Below, piece after piece: positions 26,267-38,329 of a stretch of DNA of 64,000 bases (positions within the stretch are counted from its first letter, which is position 1; each line of letters begins with the position of its first letter). The DNA lies in the NCBI GenBank assembly GCA_002104905.1, contig MCFE01000023.1, forward strand, positions 62,001 to 126,000, written 5' to 3'. This DNA is from Basidiobolus meristosporus CBS 931.73. Lineage: Eukaryota > Fungi > Basidiobolomycota. The translations under genes were made by a program, and so were the position numbers. The notes beneath the pieces were generated by a model. The model did not search any database. It saw only the letters and a list, made by a program, of their open reading frames with translations, and was not told the origin of the DNA.

Positions 26267-29200
26267 TGTTGCAATTTAAGAAGTGATTTGGATATAAGGA
26301 ACTTATCAAGAAATAGTGATAATAGTTGAACTGTTCTTTATTCATAAAGAAGCGCAGTATTTATACCTTTGTAGAAGTAATACAGCTGCAACACTAAGTA
26401 AGGAGGGTTTCTCAATATTCAGGAGCATTCTGTAACAGTTTCAGGGATAGTACATAATGTTTGGTAATAGTGCTAATTTGATCCTGACTATAGGGGAATT
26501 ATCATAAGATCATATATCTGGAGAAAGTGGCAAAGTTAAGGCAGTAAATGAGTCCTACAGTGACTAAGACTAGTCTAGAATTGTTAAGTAAAATTTTAGC
26601 TGCTGAATGGTACCAAATAGACCAATATTTCAACACTCCCCCTCAACTAAATAATTTCTTAATCCCAATTTCTCTCTAAGGATCTCAAACTGTGGCCTAG
26701 CTAGTGGTTTTGTCAATATGTCTGCCACCATTTTGTCAGTTGGGCAGTAAACTAACTCCACTAAGCTATTTTCTACAGCTTCCCTCACAAAGTGAAGCTG
26801 TATATCAATGTGCTTAGTTCTGGCATTATTAGTAGGATTTCTAGCTAATGAAATACAACTTTGATCATCCTTATAAATACATGTTGGTTCACCTAAATTG
26901 AGACCTTAAGTCTTTGAATAATTTTGGTAGCCATAAAGCCTCCTTAGTTGCTTGACATGCAGCCATATATTTGGCTTCAGTTGTAGATAGTGCCACAGTT
27001 GGTTGTTTCTTGCAATTCCAAGTAATAGCTGCACCAGCATAAAGAAATACGTAGCCTGTGGTAGAGCATCTGTCAATCAGATTCCTACCCCAATCTGAAT
27101 CACCATAACCATCAGATTTTTGCCTATTAGCTGCTCCAGAGTATTCCAGTACCATATTTATGGTACCTTGTAGATATCTGAAAATCCGCTCAACTGCTGC
27201 AATATGATCTGATCCATAATTCTGCATGAATGGACTGACTATTCCAACTGCCACTGCAATATCTGGACATGTAGACACCATCAAGTACATTAGGCTACCA
27301 ATCATTGATTGATAGGGAAAGTTTTGGTCCATATTTGAGCTGTTTTCATCTATAACTGGCTGAGATTTGCTTAATTTCAGGTTATTGTCCATAGGGGTTG
27401 CTGCAGGTTTGCAATTTTCCATTTCGAAGCGTCTAAGAATGTCACTGATGTACTTAGACTGATTCTGCACACCTTTCTGCATAGGTATGTCAAATTTGAC
27501 CTCAATTCCAAGAAAATAGCTCAATTTTCCAAGATCTTTCATCTCAAACTTGCTGAAGTGATCTGATTTTGTCTGTTTAAGTGCCTCTTGGTCACTTGTA
27601 GCTATAATTAGGTTGTCCACATAAAGAACTAGGATGATCACACCCTTTTTGAGCTGTCTCACATATATACTGTGATCTGCAGTGCTACAAGAGAACCCAA
27701 TTTCCTCTAGATATGTGTCAATCTTGTTATACCATGCTCTGGGTGCCTGCTTAAGCCCATACAACAATTTTCTAAGTTTGCACACCTTATGGGGGCCTTT
27801 TGGATCAGTAAAACCTTCTGGTTGCTCTATATATATAGTTTCTTGCAAATCCCCATTTAGAAAGGCTGTTTTGACGTCCATTTGGTGTAGATCTAGACTG
27901 TGTACAGCTGCCAGGGCTAGAACTGTCCTAATAGAGTTAAGCTTGGCAACTGGAGCCAATGTTTCCCTAACGTCTAGTCCCTGGATCTGGGAGTAGCCTT
28001 TAGCTACCAATCTAGCCTTGTACTTATCAACTGGCACCATTTGAGGTTATCTTGATCTTGTAGACCCATCTACATCCTATTGGCTTTCTCCCATTTGGTA
28101 AATCTACTAGTTCCCACATTTTTGCCTTGATCAGTGATTAGTACTCCTCCTGCATGGCTTGTTGCCACTTAGTAGCATCTGGACTTTGCATTGCCTGTTC
28201 CAGATTCTGAGGTTTGGCACATAAGGCAAGACAAGCATCTTCATGATCATTGGATGTCTGCCACCAGGATCCAGGGGCATTTCTTATTCTAGTAGATCTT
28301 CTAACTGGGATAATCTGTTCTGATCTGGAACTAGTAGAAGTATCTTCCATATCTGGCTGGATTTGGTACATATCTTCTTCATCAGTGTTGATTGCATCAT
28401 CAGGCAGCTGGCCAATAATTCCTGTGGCTTTCTGATCTGAATTCTCCTCAAATACAACAACTCTGCTCTTGATCAGCTCTGAATTTTGCCATCATACACT
28501 CTATACCCTTTAGTATCTTCACAATACCCAAGAAAGATCCCTTTCCTACTCTTTGGTTCCAACTTTGAGTGTTTTTTATTCGGGATGTGATAAAAAACAT
28601 CACTGCCAAAGATCTTGAGATGCTAGAGATCTGGTTTTTTGCCTGTATATGCTTCAAAGGGTGTAAAATCACGTAGTGCTGTTGTTGGGCATCTGTTCTT
28701 GATATATAGAGCGGTAGCAACAGATTCAGCCCAAAACTTGTAGTCCATTCCCTTATCATGCAGCATAGATCTTCCCATCTCTACTATTGTTCTATTTGCA
28801 TGTTCTGCTACTCCATTTTGCTGTGGAGTATGAGGAACTGTGGTCTGTTGAAGTATACCAGTAGACAAGCAGTATTTTGCAAACTCCTTTGAGCAGTATT
28901 CTCCTCCATTGTCACTTTGTAGTACCTTCAATTTACACCCAGTTTGTGTTTCTGCCATGTTCTTGAAGTGCTTAAACGTCTCTAAAGCTTCACCCTTTGG
29001 TTTGAGGAAGTACACCCATGTATATCTTGTCTTGTCATCAATAAATGTCATAAAGTATCTCTTGGCTCCAAAGGACAGTGTTCTCATGGGGCTGCATATG
29101 TCTTAGTGTACAATAGCAAATATTTTGGTGGTATTGATGCCTTCTGAGCTCTTGAAACATTGCCTAGCTTGTTTGCCATATGAACATCCCTTACAAACAT

Positions 29201-30057
29201 TCAATTTGATTGGAATTGAGTATTTTAGGCCCAAAACAAGCTGACTTTTCACCAATTGGCTCATTTTCTGTTCCCCAATGTGTCCTAGCCTCCTATGCCA
29301 TGTCTCCCAGTTGGTTTCATCAGTTTCAGCAATGTTGACATACTCAGGTACAATGATTTTGCATTGTAACTTGTATATATTGTGATCTCTGATTCCCAAA
29401 GCTAATTTTTGTCCATTTTCACTCAATATTGAGCAGCTCAGCTTAGTAAAAACAAATTTCAGTCCCTGAGTAGTTGCTTTACTGACTGAGAGTAGGTTCT
29501 TAGCTATTCAAGGTACATAGAGTACGTCAGTCAGTTTTGCTGTTGTTGCCCCTGAGTTATCACTCATATTTAGTTGTATAGACCCACTGGCGGTAGCTTC
29601 CAATGCAAAGTTATCTCCCAGATAAACCTATCTTACGGGAATAGTCTTTAAGTTGCTGAACCAATTCTTTAAACCACAAATATGCTGTGATGCTTCAGAG
29701 TCAATATACCATTCATTACTTTGGTTACTTGCACTCTCTTGTACAGTTATAAATAGCTGTTCATCAGTAGTTATATGGTTTGCCTGCTCTAGTTTCTGTT
29801 TTTTGTCTGCTTGTTTCTTCTTGCATTCTCTTGCCCAGTGTCCTGGCTTCTTACAGTAGTTACAGCGGCTGGGTTTTCTTTGGTTTTGTTACTTTCCCTT
29901 TTTTTCTGTATGCCTTTCTGAGCTGAATAAAGCATTATCTTCAATTTTCTCTGCTTGATCATTACGTCTGAGTTCTTCATGGAGAAGTCTTCCTTTGACA
30001 TAGTCTAAAGTCAAGTTGTCTTCTCTGCTTTCAAAAGAAAGTATCATTGGCTCATAC
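26267..30057 (-). mobile_element. Ty1/copia family 1, 5'-truncated copy
   Basis: 3' LTR 26267-26635 plus PPT; RT ORF 26889-28040; IN 28623-29426; breaks inside gag at ~30057. Confidence 0.92.
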
Positions 30058-31812
30058 TTTATTACATTTATTGATGACAAGACAAGATATATAAGGGTGT
30101 ACTTCCTCAAGACAAATGGTAAGGTTCTAGAGTTGTTCAAGCACCTCAAGACCATGGCAAGAGCACAAATTGGGTGTAAATTGAAGGAAATTTGAAGTGA
30201 CAATTGATGGGAATACTGCTCCCATGAGTTTGCTAGATACTGCTTGACCACCTGTATACTTCAACATACTACTGTTCCACATACTCCACAGCAAAATGGA
30301 GAAGCAAAATGTGCAAATAAACCAATATTAGAGATGAGAGGATCTATGCTACATGCAATATCAACTGCAAATTTGGGCTGAATCTGCTGTTACCGCAGTA
30401 TACATCTAGAATGGTAGCCCACAGCAGTACTACAAGACATCATACCCTTTGAAACACATACCGACAAAAAACTAGACCTTCAGCAACTCAGGATCTTTGG
30501 CACTGATGTTTTATATCACATCCCTGGCAAGAATGCTCAAGGTTGGAACCAAAGAATAAAAAAGGTATTTTTGCGGAATCTTGTAAAGATACTAAAGGCT
30601 ATAGAGTGTATGAAGGCAAAACCAGAAGCCAATCAAGATCAGGGATGTTGAATCTGAGGAAAATTCTGGTGTGACAGCCACTAAAATCATTGGCCAGCTG
30701 CCTGAAGACACAATCAACACTTTTGAAGAAGATGTATACCTAATTCAGCCTGCTATGGCAGAATATGCTACCATATCCAGATCAGAGCACTGATAGCACT
30801 ACAGATCACACTATATATGAAGCACATCACAAAGGGTACAATAATCTTAGTTCTTTGTGTGAACAACCTAATAATAGCTGCAAATGACAATCAGGCCCTT
30901 AAACAAACAAAAGCACATCACTTTAGCAAGTTTGAGATCAAAGATCTTGTCAAATTGGGCTATATTCTCAGGGTTGAGGTGATATCTGACATATTTTGCA
31001 GAATATTATGCTGAATCAGTGCAGGTATATCATGGATCTTCCTTAGATGCTTCAAGATGGAAAATTGCAAACCTGTATCAATTATTCATGCAAAATTATG
31101 GATCAGAGCAAATACAGCAGTTAAGCGGATTTTCAAATATTTAAGGTACCAGAAGTATGATACTGGACTACTCTGGAGCAGCTAATAGGCAAAATATGAT
31201 GATTATAATGACTCAGATTGGAATAGGGAACCAATTGACAGACACTCTACTACTGGGTATGTATTTTTATACTTTAGTGCGGAAATCACCAGGAATTTGT
31301 GAGTGAAGGTGTAGAGATAGCTTAGCAGAGTTACTTTACTACCCAATTGATAAAATGCTGGCAGATATATTCACAAGCCACTTACTAGGTCACAACTTGA
31401 GAATCTTAGAGAGCAGATGGGATTAAGAAGTTATATAGCTAAGGGGAGTGTTGAAATATTGGACTGTATGGTTTCATTCCACAGCTAAAAATATACCTAA
31501 CAACTCTGGACTATTCTCAGTCACTGTAGCACACTTTTTCAGCCCTAACTTTGCCATCTTCTGTTATATCTCTGATTGTATGATTCTATCCCTTCAGTCT
31601 AAATCAAATTAGCACGCTTACTAAATATTAGACTTGTTCCATTGGATAGTGCCACATAGTGCCAGCCGGTTTATAGTGCCGGATCAATCTGGCACTCTAC
31701 GGCACTATCTGGCACTATAATTTCTACCATGATGCCAGTGGTATGATACAGTTACTAGTAATTTTACTCAATCTTACTTATGTTGCTCAGAATAGTGCTT
31801 TCCTTGCTTTAT

Positions 31813-32697
31813 TTACTCTTCATAATGCTCCAGACACATTTCTCTCAGTGGATGTCCTCTTGTATGAACATACTGTGCATTGATAAGTATCTTAACTATT
31901 TTACCTATTCTGCTGTTTTCTCCTATATATGACTTTCCTCTGTATTTACCTGCCAATATGCTGAATCTCTTCAGATATCCAAATGTGTGCTCTACCCTTA
32001 CTCTGAAATGATTAAATATCTCATTGTAGAGCTTCTGCTTCCTGCTAAGCACACCATTCCTTGGCTTCCTATAAGCTGTAATACATCCTAATCTCTGACA
32101 ATCCTCTCCTATATAGGCCAAGTCCGCCATACACTTCTCCCCTCTACTGAATTCAGGATGATTCTCTACCCAGAGTGCTTTGTCATGCCTACTTCCAGCA
32201 AATGGCCCACTAAACCAGATGATGTTACCCTCAATGTCAGACAGTGCTTGAAACTTCACACAGTGTGCCTTGTACTTGCCAGAATAAAAGTGCCTCTGCC
32301 CTCTAGAAGGTCTGTTAATCATCACTGGGAAGGTATCCAAAATACTCCTGATATGGAACCTGTTGCTGAACACTCTGGGATATGGAAGTCTATTGGAGCT
32401 TCTGAACCTAGTATCCCAAGCTTGCTCTAAGTCATTCATACCCTCTGCAAGGTGGTTCTCCATTGCTGTCAGCTGGGAATGAAAGCTTCTAGGACTTTTG
32501 TTGCCATGGATGGTGGGATGAAACCTTGTAGGGCAATAGTTCTTGTAACAGCAGAGAAGCTTAACAAGGGATCTCCTTGAGTAGATTGGGGTTGATGGTC
32601 CACAGTACTTGGAATAGATCTCCTCCAGTGTGTCAAAAGGAAATCCAGTGGTAGTGATGGGATTGATGAGAAAAGACCATTCAGATGAGTAAGTCAT
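31813..32697 (-). CDS. DDE transposase, IS5/Harbinger (DDE_Tnp_4-like), 294 aa, open frame
   Basis: ILDTFPVMINRP, FYSGKYKAHCVKFQ, GSRHD, MADLAYIG, RVRVEHTFGYLKRFSIL. Confidence 0.9.
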   Translation of the reverse strand: MTYSSEWSFLINPITTTGFPFDTLEEIYSKYCGPSTPIYSRRSLVKLLCCYKNYCPTRFHPTIHGNKSPRSFHSQLTAMENHLAEGMNDLEQAWDTRFRSSNRLPYPRVFSNRFHIRSILDTFPVMINRPSRGQRHFYSGKYKAHCVKFQALSDIEGNIIWFSGPFAGSRHDKALWVENHPEFSRGEKCMADLAYIGEDCQRLGCITAYRKPRNGVLSRKQKLYNEIFNHFRVRVEHTFGYLKRFSILAGKYRGKSYIGENSRIGKIVKILINAQYVHTRGHPLREMCLEHYEE

Positions 32698-33056
32698 ATT
32701 AAAATTGATGGATGATCGTATGGTGGTGGTTTGAATTGATTCGGCGCAATCTGCGTTATTTATCTGATTTTTAACACATTATGGTTAAATCTCCATCAAT
32801 TGCCATGTATCCCATCATTATGTTGCAAAAATCATCCGCAAACAATGCCTTGGTACTTTTATTGATGCTTTAATCATAGGTCTATAATCAAAAAGGAAAT
32901 CTGCAATTGATGTGATCTGATCCGTGTCAACGCGATCCAAGATGCATCATGCATAATATATGGAAAATTCAACAATCACTTTAGTTTTCATATATATTTC
33001 ATATAAGACCAGGTTGATGCCAATATACTGCTGTATAAGTATCCAAATCCGTTGCT

Positions 33057-34193
33057 ATGGTCCCCATACCAAGCCTCAACTCATCTTTAGTACAACCCAG
33101 ACAAAACCCATCCCCCAGCTCACAAGCGCAGTCCGGACCGGAAAAGTCGATGTTGGATCCGTTCAAGTTCTCGCCAAATGATTTTAGTATGGCCCAAGTG
33201 TCTATGATGAGCCTTCATACAGATATTTGGGCACTACTGATTAATCTAGCAGAACTAGATACCTCAGAGAGTTGACAAAGATGGAAGAATTTGAGTAGAA
33301 AGCTGTGGCATGAGTTCTACATCAAGATGCCAGCCAATGTATGTAAAAAGATATATAACAAGACAAGTATTGAAATCAAGAATGAGCTGAGAGTGAGGGG
33401 ATTTGACGAGGAAGCCGCGCGGGAACGATTTCGCGCACAATTTGCACAGTACGGGCCGGACGTGTCCGTTTGTGCCTCAACTTTGGGAACCAAAGAGATT
33501 TTGAATGAGTTTTTGCCTCAAATGACTTATGTACTACGTGATATATTAGTAGAGCTAAGTGGCTTCCAAGAGCAATATACACAGGACTCATCCAGGCAAC
33601 AGCTCCAAAGTATCAGACAGAGGGTAAGTGAATACCTTGAGGAATCAGATGGTGAGCTTCAGGAGGAAGAATACACACCGCAAGCAACATTGTCCAGATT
33701 GCGCCAGCACACCTTGCTGGATTCCCTACCATCTCTTGCAACCACAGCGCGCCGGCGCACGTCAGTCCAGACCACGCCAACACCCTTTACCAGAACGCCC
33801 CGCGTCGAGTCAACGCGCATTGAGTCAACGTGCATCGGGTCAACGCGCGCGCTTCAGAGCAAAACTACCAGAACTCGCCAAACTGCTCATTTAGACACAA
33901 GTCCATTGGAGCGGACCGAGTCGCGTCAACATGCGGCATCACATCGAACTCAGCCAAGGGCCATCTCAACGCGTCAAGGCGCGCCTGCGCGTGCCGTTTT
34001 GCCTGACCATCAGCAAGTTACTTCTGGTGAACTGACTGATGATGACCAACATGAAGTGACTCAACCACCGGAGCCGTTGGCAAGTAAAAGAACGCATCAG
34101 CGCGTGGCACTACAGGCCGGTTCAGTTGGTTCAGTTGGTTCAGTCGGAGCAATTCAGCGCGGCCAACGCTGCAGCATCGCACTCATCAACTAG
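33057..34193 (+). pseudogene. PHIS accessory ORF2 (~378 codons) with one in-frame TGA at 33273-75
   Basis: ORFs 33057-33275 and 33291-34193 are in the same frame; the junction reads LDTSES*QRWKNLSRKLW; low-complexity C-terminal half. Confidence 0.65.
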
Positions 34194-35349
34194 GAGGCAA
34201 AATACTGACTACAAATACACAAGTAGCCAAGATGATAGTCAGCCAGGAAGTAGTATAGGTGTGCAAAGTGAGTCACTACCAAATGCTTCAGTAGTAATCC
34301 CTGTGAGAAAAAAACCCAGGAGAAGATGATGCGATCGCTTTGAATTGCTCACATTTGTAATGATCCCGACAACCCTTTTTTTTTGCGATCCGAATTGAGC
34401 CATTGCAAATCAGTGATCATCAAATTTTTGATATAAGTAATATCAAGGTCATCTCACATTTGAGACAGAACCCCTATAAATAAACACCCTGCATATATAT
34501 ACGTCATCTGTAATACCAGTGCAGCTATTGGATCTGTTTCGCACCTACATGATCGCTTGCGTGCTAGCTATGACACCTTGCCCAATCACTAGGATCAGGG
34601 ATTTACTTGCTCAATGGGCAAAATAGGATATTTGATGGCGAATCAGGTAGCTTTTTCAGTAGTCAATGAGCCAATTGGGGGCTGCCAGCTTCAGGATACT
34701 TTTGGACCAATTAACCACTGAGATACCGTCCAATTGGAGTGAGGGTAACCAAAATGGTAAGTATCAGTATAGTTTATAGTGTGATACACATTTATTTCCA
34801 TTTACATTAAAGAAACATATCCAAATACCAGATTTTACCTGCCATTATAGCGGTATCCGATTGCGCACGTGATGCAAGCATTACAAGTTGGCGCAATCAT
34901 CTGCGCCAACCTCATCGTGTCAGATTGTGCCATAGTGTGCGAGATTGTCCCGCATAGTGCGAAATCGTCCAAGAACGATCCTGCCTTCTGGTGGCTTTAA
35001 TATTGCGCCCAATCGTTCTTTGCAACCGCGGATCATGCCGCGCGCCCTGGCACGGTACAATGGAACAAGTCTATTATGTGTTGACCCTGAAACATAATGT
35101 ATGCTCCTAAATGTTGAGACACTCTCCATTATTTAGTGTTACTGTTGTATTACTTCTACAAAGGTATAAATATCAAGCCTCTTTACAATTAAACAACAGT
35201 TCAGCTAATATCACTATTCTTGATAAGTTCCTTATATCCAAATTGCTTCTTAAATTGCAACATATCTTTCATGAGCAGGGTATAAGCTCTAGTTCCTCTT
35301 TGCAACCATTGACTCTTCACTCAGCATAATGACAAAACCACTAACTAGA

Positions 35350-35830
35350 CTACAGTTGACAGAAATAGATGTATTAGGTAGGATCTTATTGGGTGATGAT
35401 GATGCAATCAAATGCGGCATCAGCCACAGCCTACATTAGGATATACAATTAGTCAGCAATTGATCTGGCCAAATATATAAGGAGCTGCAGGAACCATAAT
35501 AAAATCAGTTCAAGTTTTAGTAATACAATACTACCTACAGTCCCTATTCCTCTACAACTCTTATACCATGACTTGTAACATTGGTAGCAGCAATAACTAG
35601 AAACCTCCCTCCTAAAGAACAAAGGAGCCTCCCCCAAGATGTCAGAAAACCAAGAATGGAAGAATGCTATGCAGCAAATCCTGGCACAACAGCAACAGTT
35701 ACTGCAGAACCTTAGCCAGAAGCAACAAGGAATGACCACTATGGTGCAGAACCAGCACAACCCAGCTAATAGTAACTTTGGTGTTAAGGTCAACTGGTAC
35801 CATGGTAGCATCAATGAAAACCTGGGAACT
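35350..35830 (+). mobile_element. Ty3/gypsy 5' fragment (partial LTR ending 35580, PBS TGGTAGCAG, start of gag at 35639)
   Basis: Near-identical reverse complement of ~24020-24500. Confidence 0.85.
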
Positions 35831-36053
35831 TGTAACATGAGCATAATTTGGATCATTAATCCTGGATCTAGAAATGTCAAAACAGAAACCTAGTCCTTCT
35901 GCTGAGGCCTTGTTTGCGTGAAGTAGGTCCTTAACTATTTCTAGTGCATAGTGAGTTACCTGAAGGGTTAGTGTGTGGCTTCTTTTCAGCTTCTGAGGTT
36001 TACTTCAATTTTTACTTCTATGACTGCATTAAATTTGTTATACTGTAGCCCAT

Positions 36054-37990
36054 CCCTATGAGAAATAATTATGGTGGTCCCAACAATGTGCCATCACAAA
36101 TTAAAGCTCCATGACTAAGAGATATTGATCCTCTCACAACACTGTGAAAAGATTGTTCAAAAGTAATTGCGCCCCTGATTGCATCATTACCTTGGTCAAA
36201 ATCTTTCATTACAACAATGCTTTAGTAAGTTTTGATTGGTCCTCTGCAAATTCTCCCACTTTTAGTCCTGGATGCTCAATCACCTCCTGTGTTTGTGTAC
36301 ATTGATTGACTACTGCCTCTTTTTCACACTCCTTGCTTACCAGCTCAATCAATTCTCCTTTCTTTTATACATACAAATGACTTAGTTACATTGAAACTTT
36401 AGTAGCACCCCTGGTGCCAATTGTATTGACCTTCACAAGTCCCTATATCCAGCACTAAAAGTAAGCCCAACCCCACACTCAATAAGTATCTCTGCTGTGG
36501 TAGCTTTTTCACTGGTTTTAGCAGCAACCCTGTGGTGTTATGTCACTGGTCATTCACTGGGTCCTGTATGTCCTGGTCTTCAGCCAGTACTGCAAGGTCT
36601 AGCCCCTCATCTGCCAGTTTTGCAATAAATCCTTGCCATTTTCAAGTGCATTTTCTTGAGCACTACTCCTGAAGAAGTGTTGCAACTTCTAGGTGCGCCT
36701 ATCAATGTTGGGAAATTCCACTGTAGGCATTGTGATTACCTTATGAGACCCCCACAGTGTTACTTTGTCAGTCAGTGGGATCTTCACTGGGTCTACAATG
36801 GAGGATGTCAAGGCAGTGGTTGCTAAATTGCTTTTCTCTGCAATCTCATATACCTCACCGGTGTGTAGCTCAACTGGCTGAGCTTTCAACTCAGAAGTAA
36901 GCAGCTTATGTCTTGTTAGTAATTCTTGTCACCTATAACAGGATTCAGCCAGTTCTGGGCAGATAGCATCAGTTGGTGAGTTCTGCAGCTTTTTTCTCTT
37001 GCTTTCCTATCACTGGCTTGTGTAGACTTTTGTCTCTTTACCTTCACTTTATCACCACAAAGTCTTTCACTGCTAATTTGACTCAGTGTTTCTTATTTTA
37101 AACTTTGTTTTCTCCTTGCTGAATACTTCACTGATGCATCTGCTGTTGCCTGCTTGTCCTTAGCCAGCATGCTCCCAGCAAGCCAACATCTTGTCACTGC
37201 TTGCTTGGAACTATCAGCCTTGCATTTGACAGGCTCCTGTGAAAGCCATAGGCTTTTATTACTCTCGAGTCTTTCACTGCAACTGTAACCAAGTGCTTCT
37301 TATATTGAGCTACATCATTTCCCTTGATAAATGTTGCACTGATGCATCTGTTTCTTTCTGCCTGTCCCTTACTGGCAATCTTTTGTCTATCAGACATATC
37401 TTTGTTGCTTGAGTAGAGCTTTCAGCCCTGTTTGTGTCAAGCTTTTGCGGAAGCCGCTTGTTTCTAGCCATGACATCATTGTTTTTCTGCCTTTGGCAGT
37501 CTTGGCTATACTTGAAATACTTTCTTAGTATTTCAATGCTGGCCCCAAACTTGCTTGCTTGCTTGTTTGAATCAGGGATAATTCTCATGGAACAAATCTA
37601 GCAAATTCTGCTTGACCTTAAGTTCATAATGCTCTCATAGTATGCCAGCCTTGAGGTGAGGCTGTGCAAAGCTTCTAACTGCCTCTTGACTATTAGTCCA
37701 CTCATCATGATTGCACTCAGTAGCTTCATTTTTCTTCAATATCAGTCAATTTTTGGGCTTAGGTATAAAAGGCACAGTTGCTCCATCACATGCTTTATAT
37801 TTTTTTCTGTAGGCTTTATTGTGGGCACTGTTGTTGTGCTTCAAAGACTCTATGGTGTTCCTCTGCTGTAACATTGGGAAATGACTCAGCTCCTGGCTGT
37901 GACATTGAGCTTCTTGAGTTCTGTTGGTGCAGCAAAGATATTGCACTCCCTACCTGGGATATTGATTGGTCTACACATACTACCAAATCT
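36054..37990 (-). mobile_element. CCCTA element fragment: ORF-X-side terminus plus ORF-X remnant
   Basis: CCCTATGAGAAATAATT at 36054, colinear with the reverse complement of 40750-40954. Confidence 0.7.
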
Positions 37991-38009
37991 TTCTGTTTTG
38001 GAGCTATTA

Positions 38010-38323
38010 TGTTATGATCTACTACTTGAAAGTTAAGGTAGATCAGTTTTTACTCAAATCCATTAGTTGTATGCTTATTTATGAGTATATCAGTGTTATC
38101 TATCAAATCAGTAGCATTAGTCAGCAAACAAATCAGCAGATCCTCATCCAACAGAAATAGATATGTTAGGTAGGATATTGTTGGGTGATGATAATGCAAT
38201 CAAGTGAGTCATCAGCTGCAACCAACATTAGGAGACACAATTAGTTAGCAATTAATCTGGCAAAATGTATATAAGGAGCTGCTGGAACCTCAATAAAAAT
38301 CAGTTCAAGTTTTAGCAAATACA
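38010..38323 (+). repeat. Truncated gypsy LTR
   Basis: Begins TGTTATGATCTACT, the reverse complement of the 24632 LTR end. Confidence 0.75.
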
Positions 38324-38329
38324 AGGAGA

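Larger units (their letters stand above)
31630..35072. mobile_element. Two-ORF PIF/Harbinger-superfamily (PHIS) DNA transposon, 3443 bp, ATT target duplication
   Basis: TIR AGACTTGTTCCATTG at both ends; ATT at 31627-29 and 35073-75; the empty site in intact LTR copies has a single ATT; divergent transposase and accessory ORFs. Confidence 0.92.
30054..35262 (+). mobile_element. Ty1/copia family 1-related, internally deleted plus-strand copy whose 3' LTR (31449-35262) is split by the PHIS element
   Basis: YFITFIDDKTRY at ~30055; ADIFTKPL near 31360; PPT AAGGGGAG 31441-48; LTR halves 31449-31629 and 35073-35262. Confidence 0.8.

Noticed and set aside
29889-30251. 120-aa ORF that looks like a gag with a novel N-terminus
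   Set aside because: It is a chimera across the inversion junction: antisense integrase sequence fused to true gag at ~30057.
31629-35073. Reading the ends as GAC...GTC with a TA duplication (Tc1/mariner-like) or as a TSD-less Spy insertion
   Set aside because: The empty LTR site requires an extra ATT, and the transposase is Harbinger-type.
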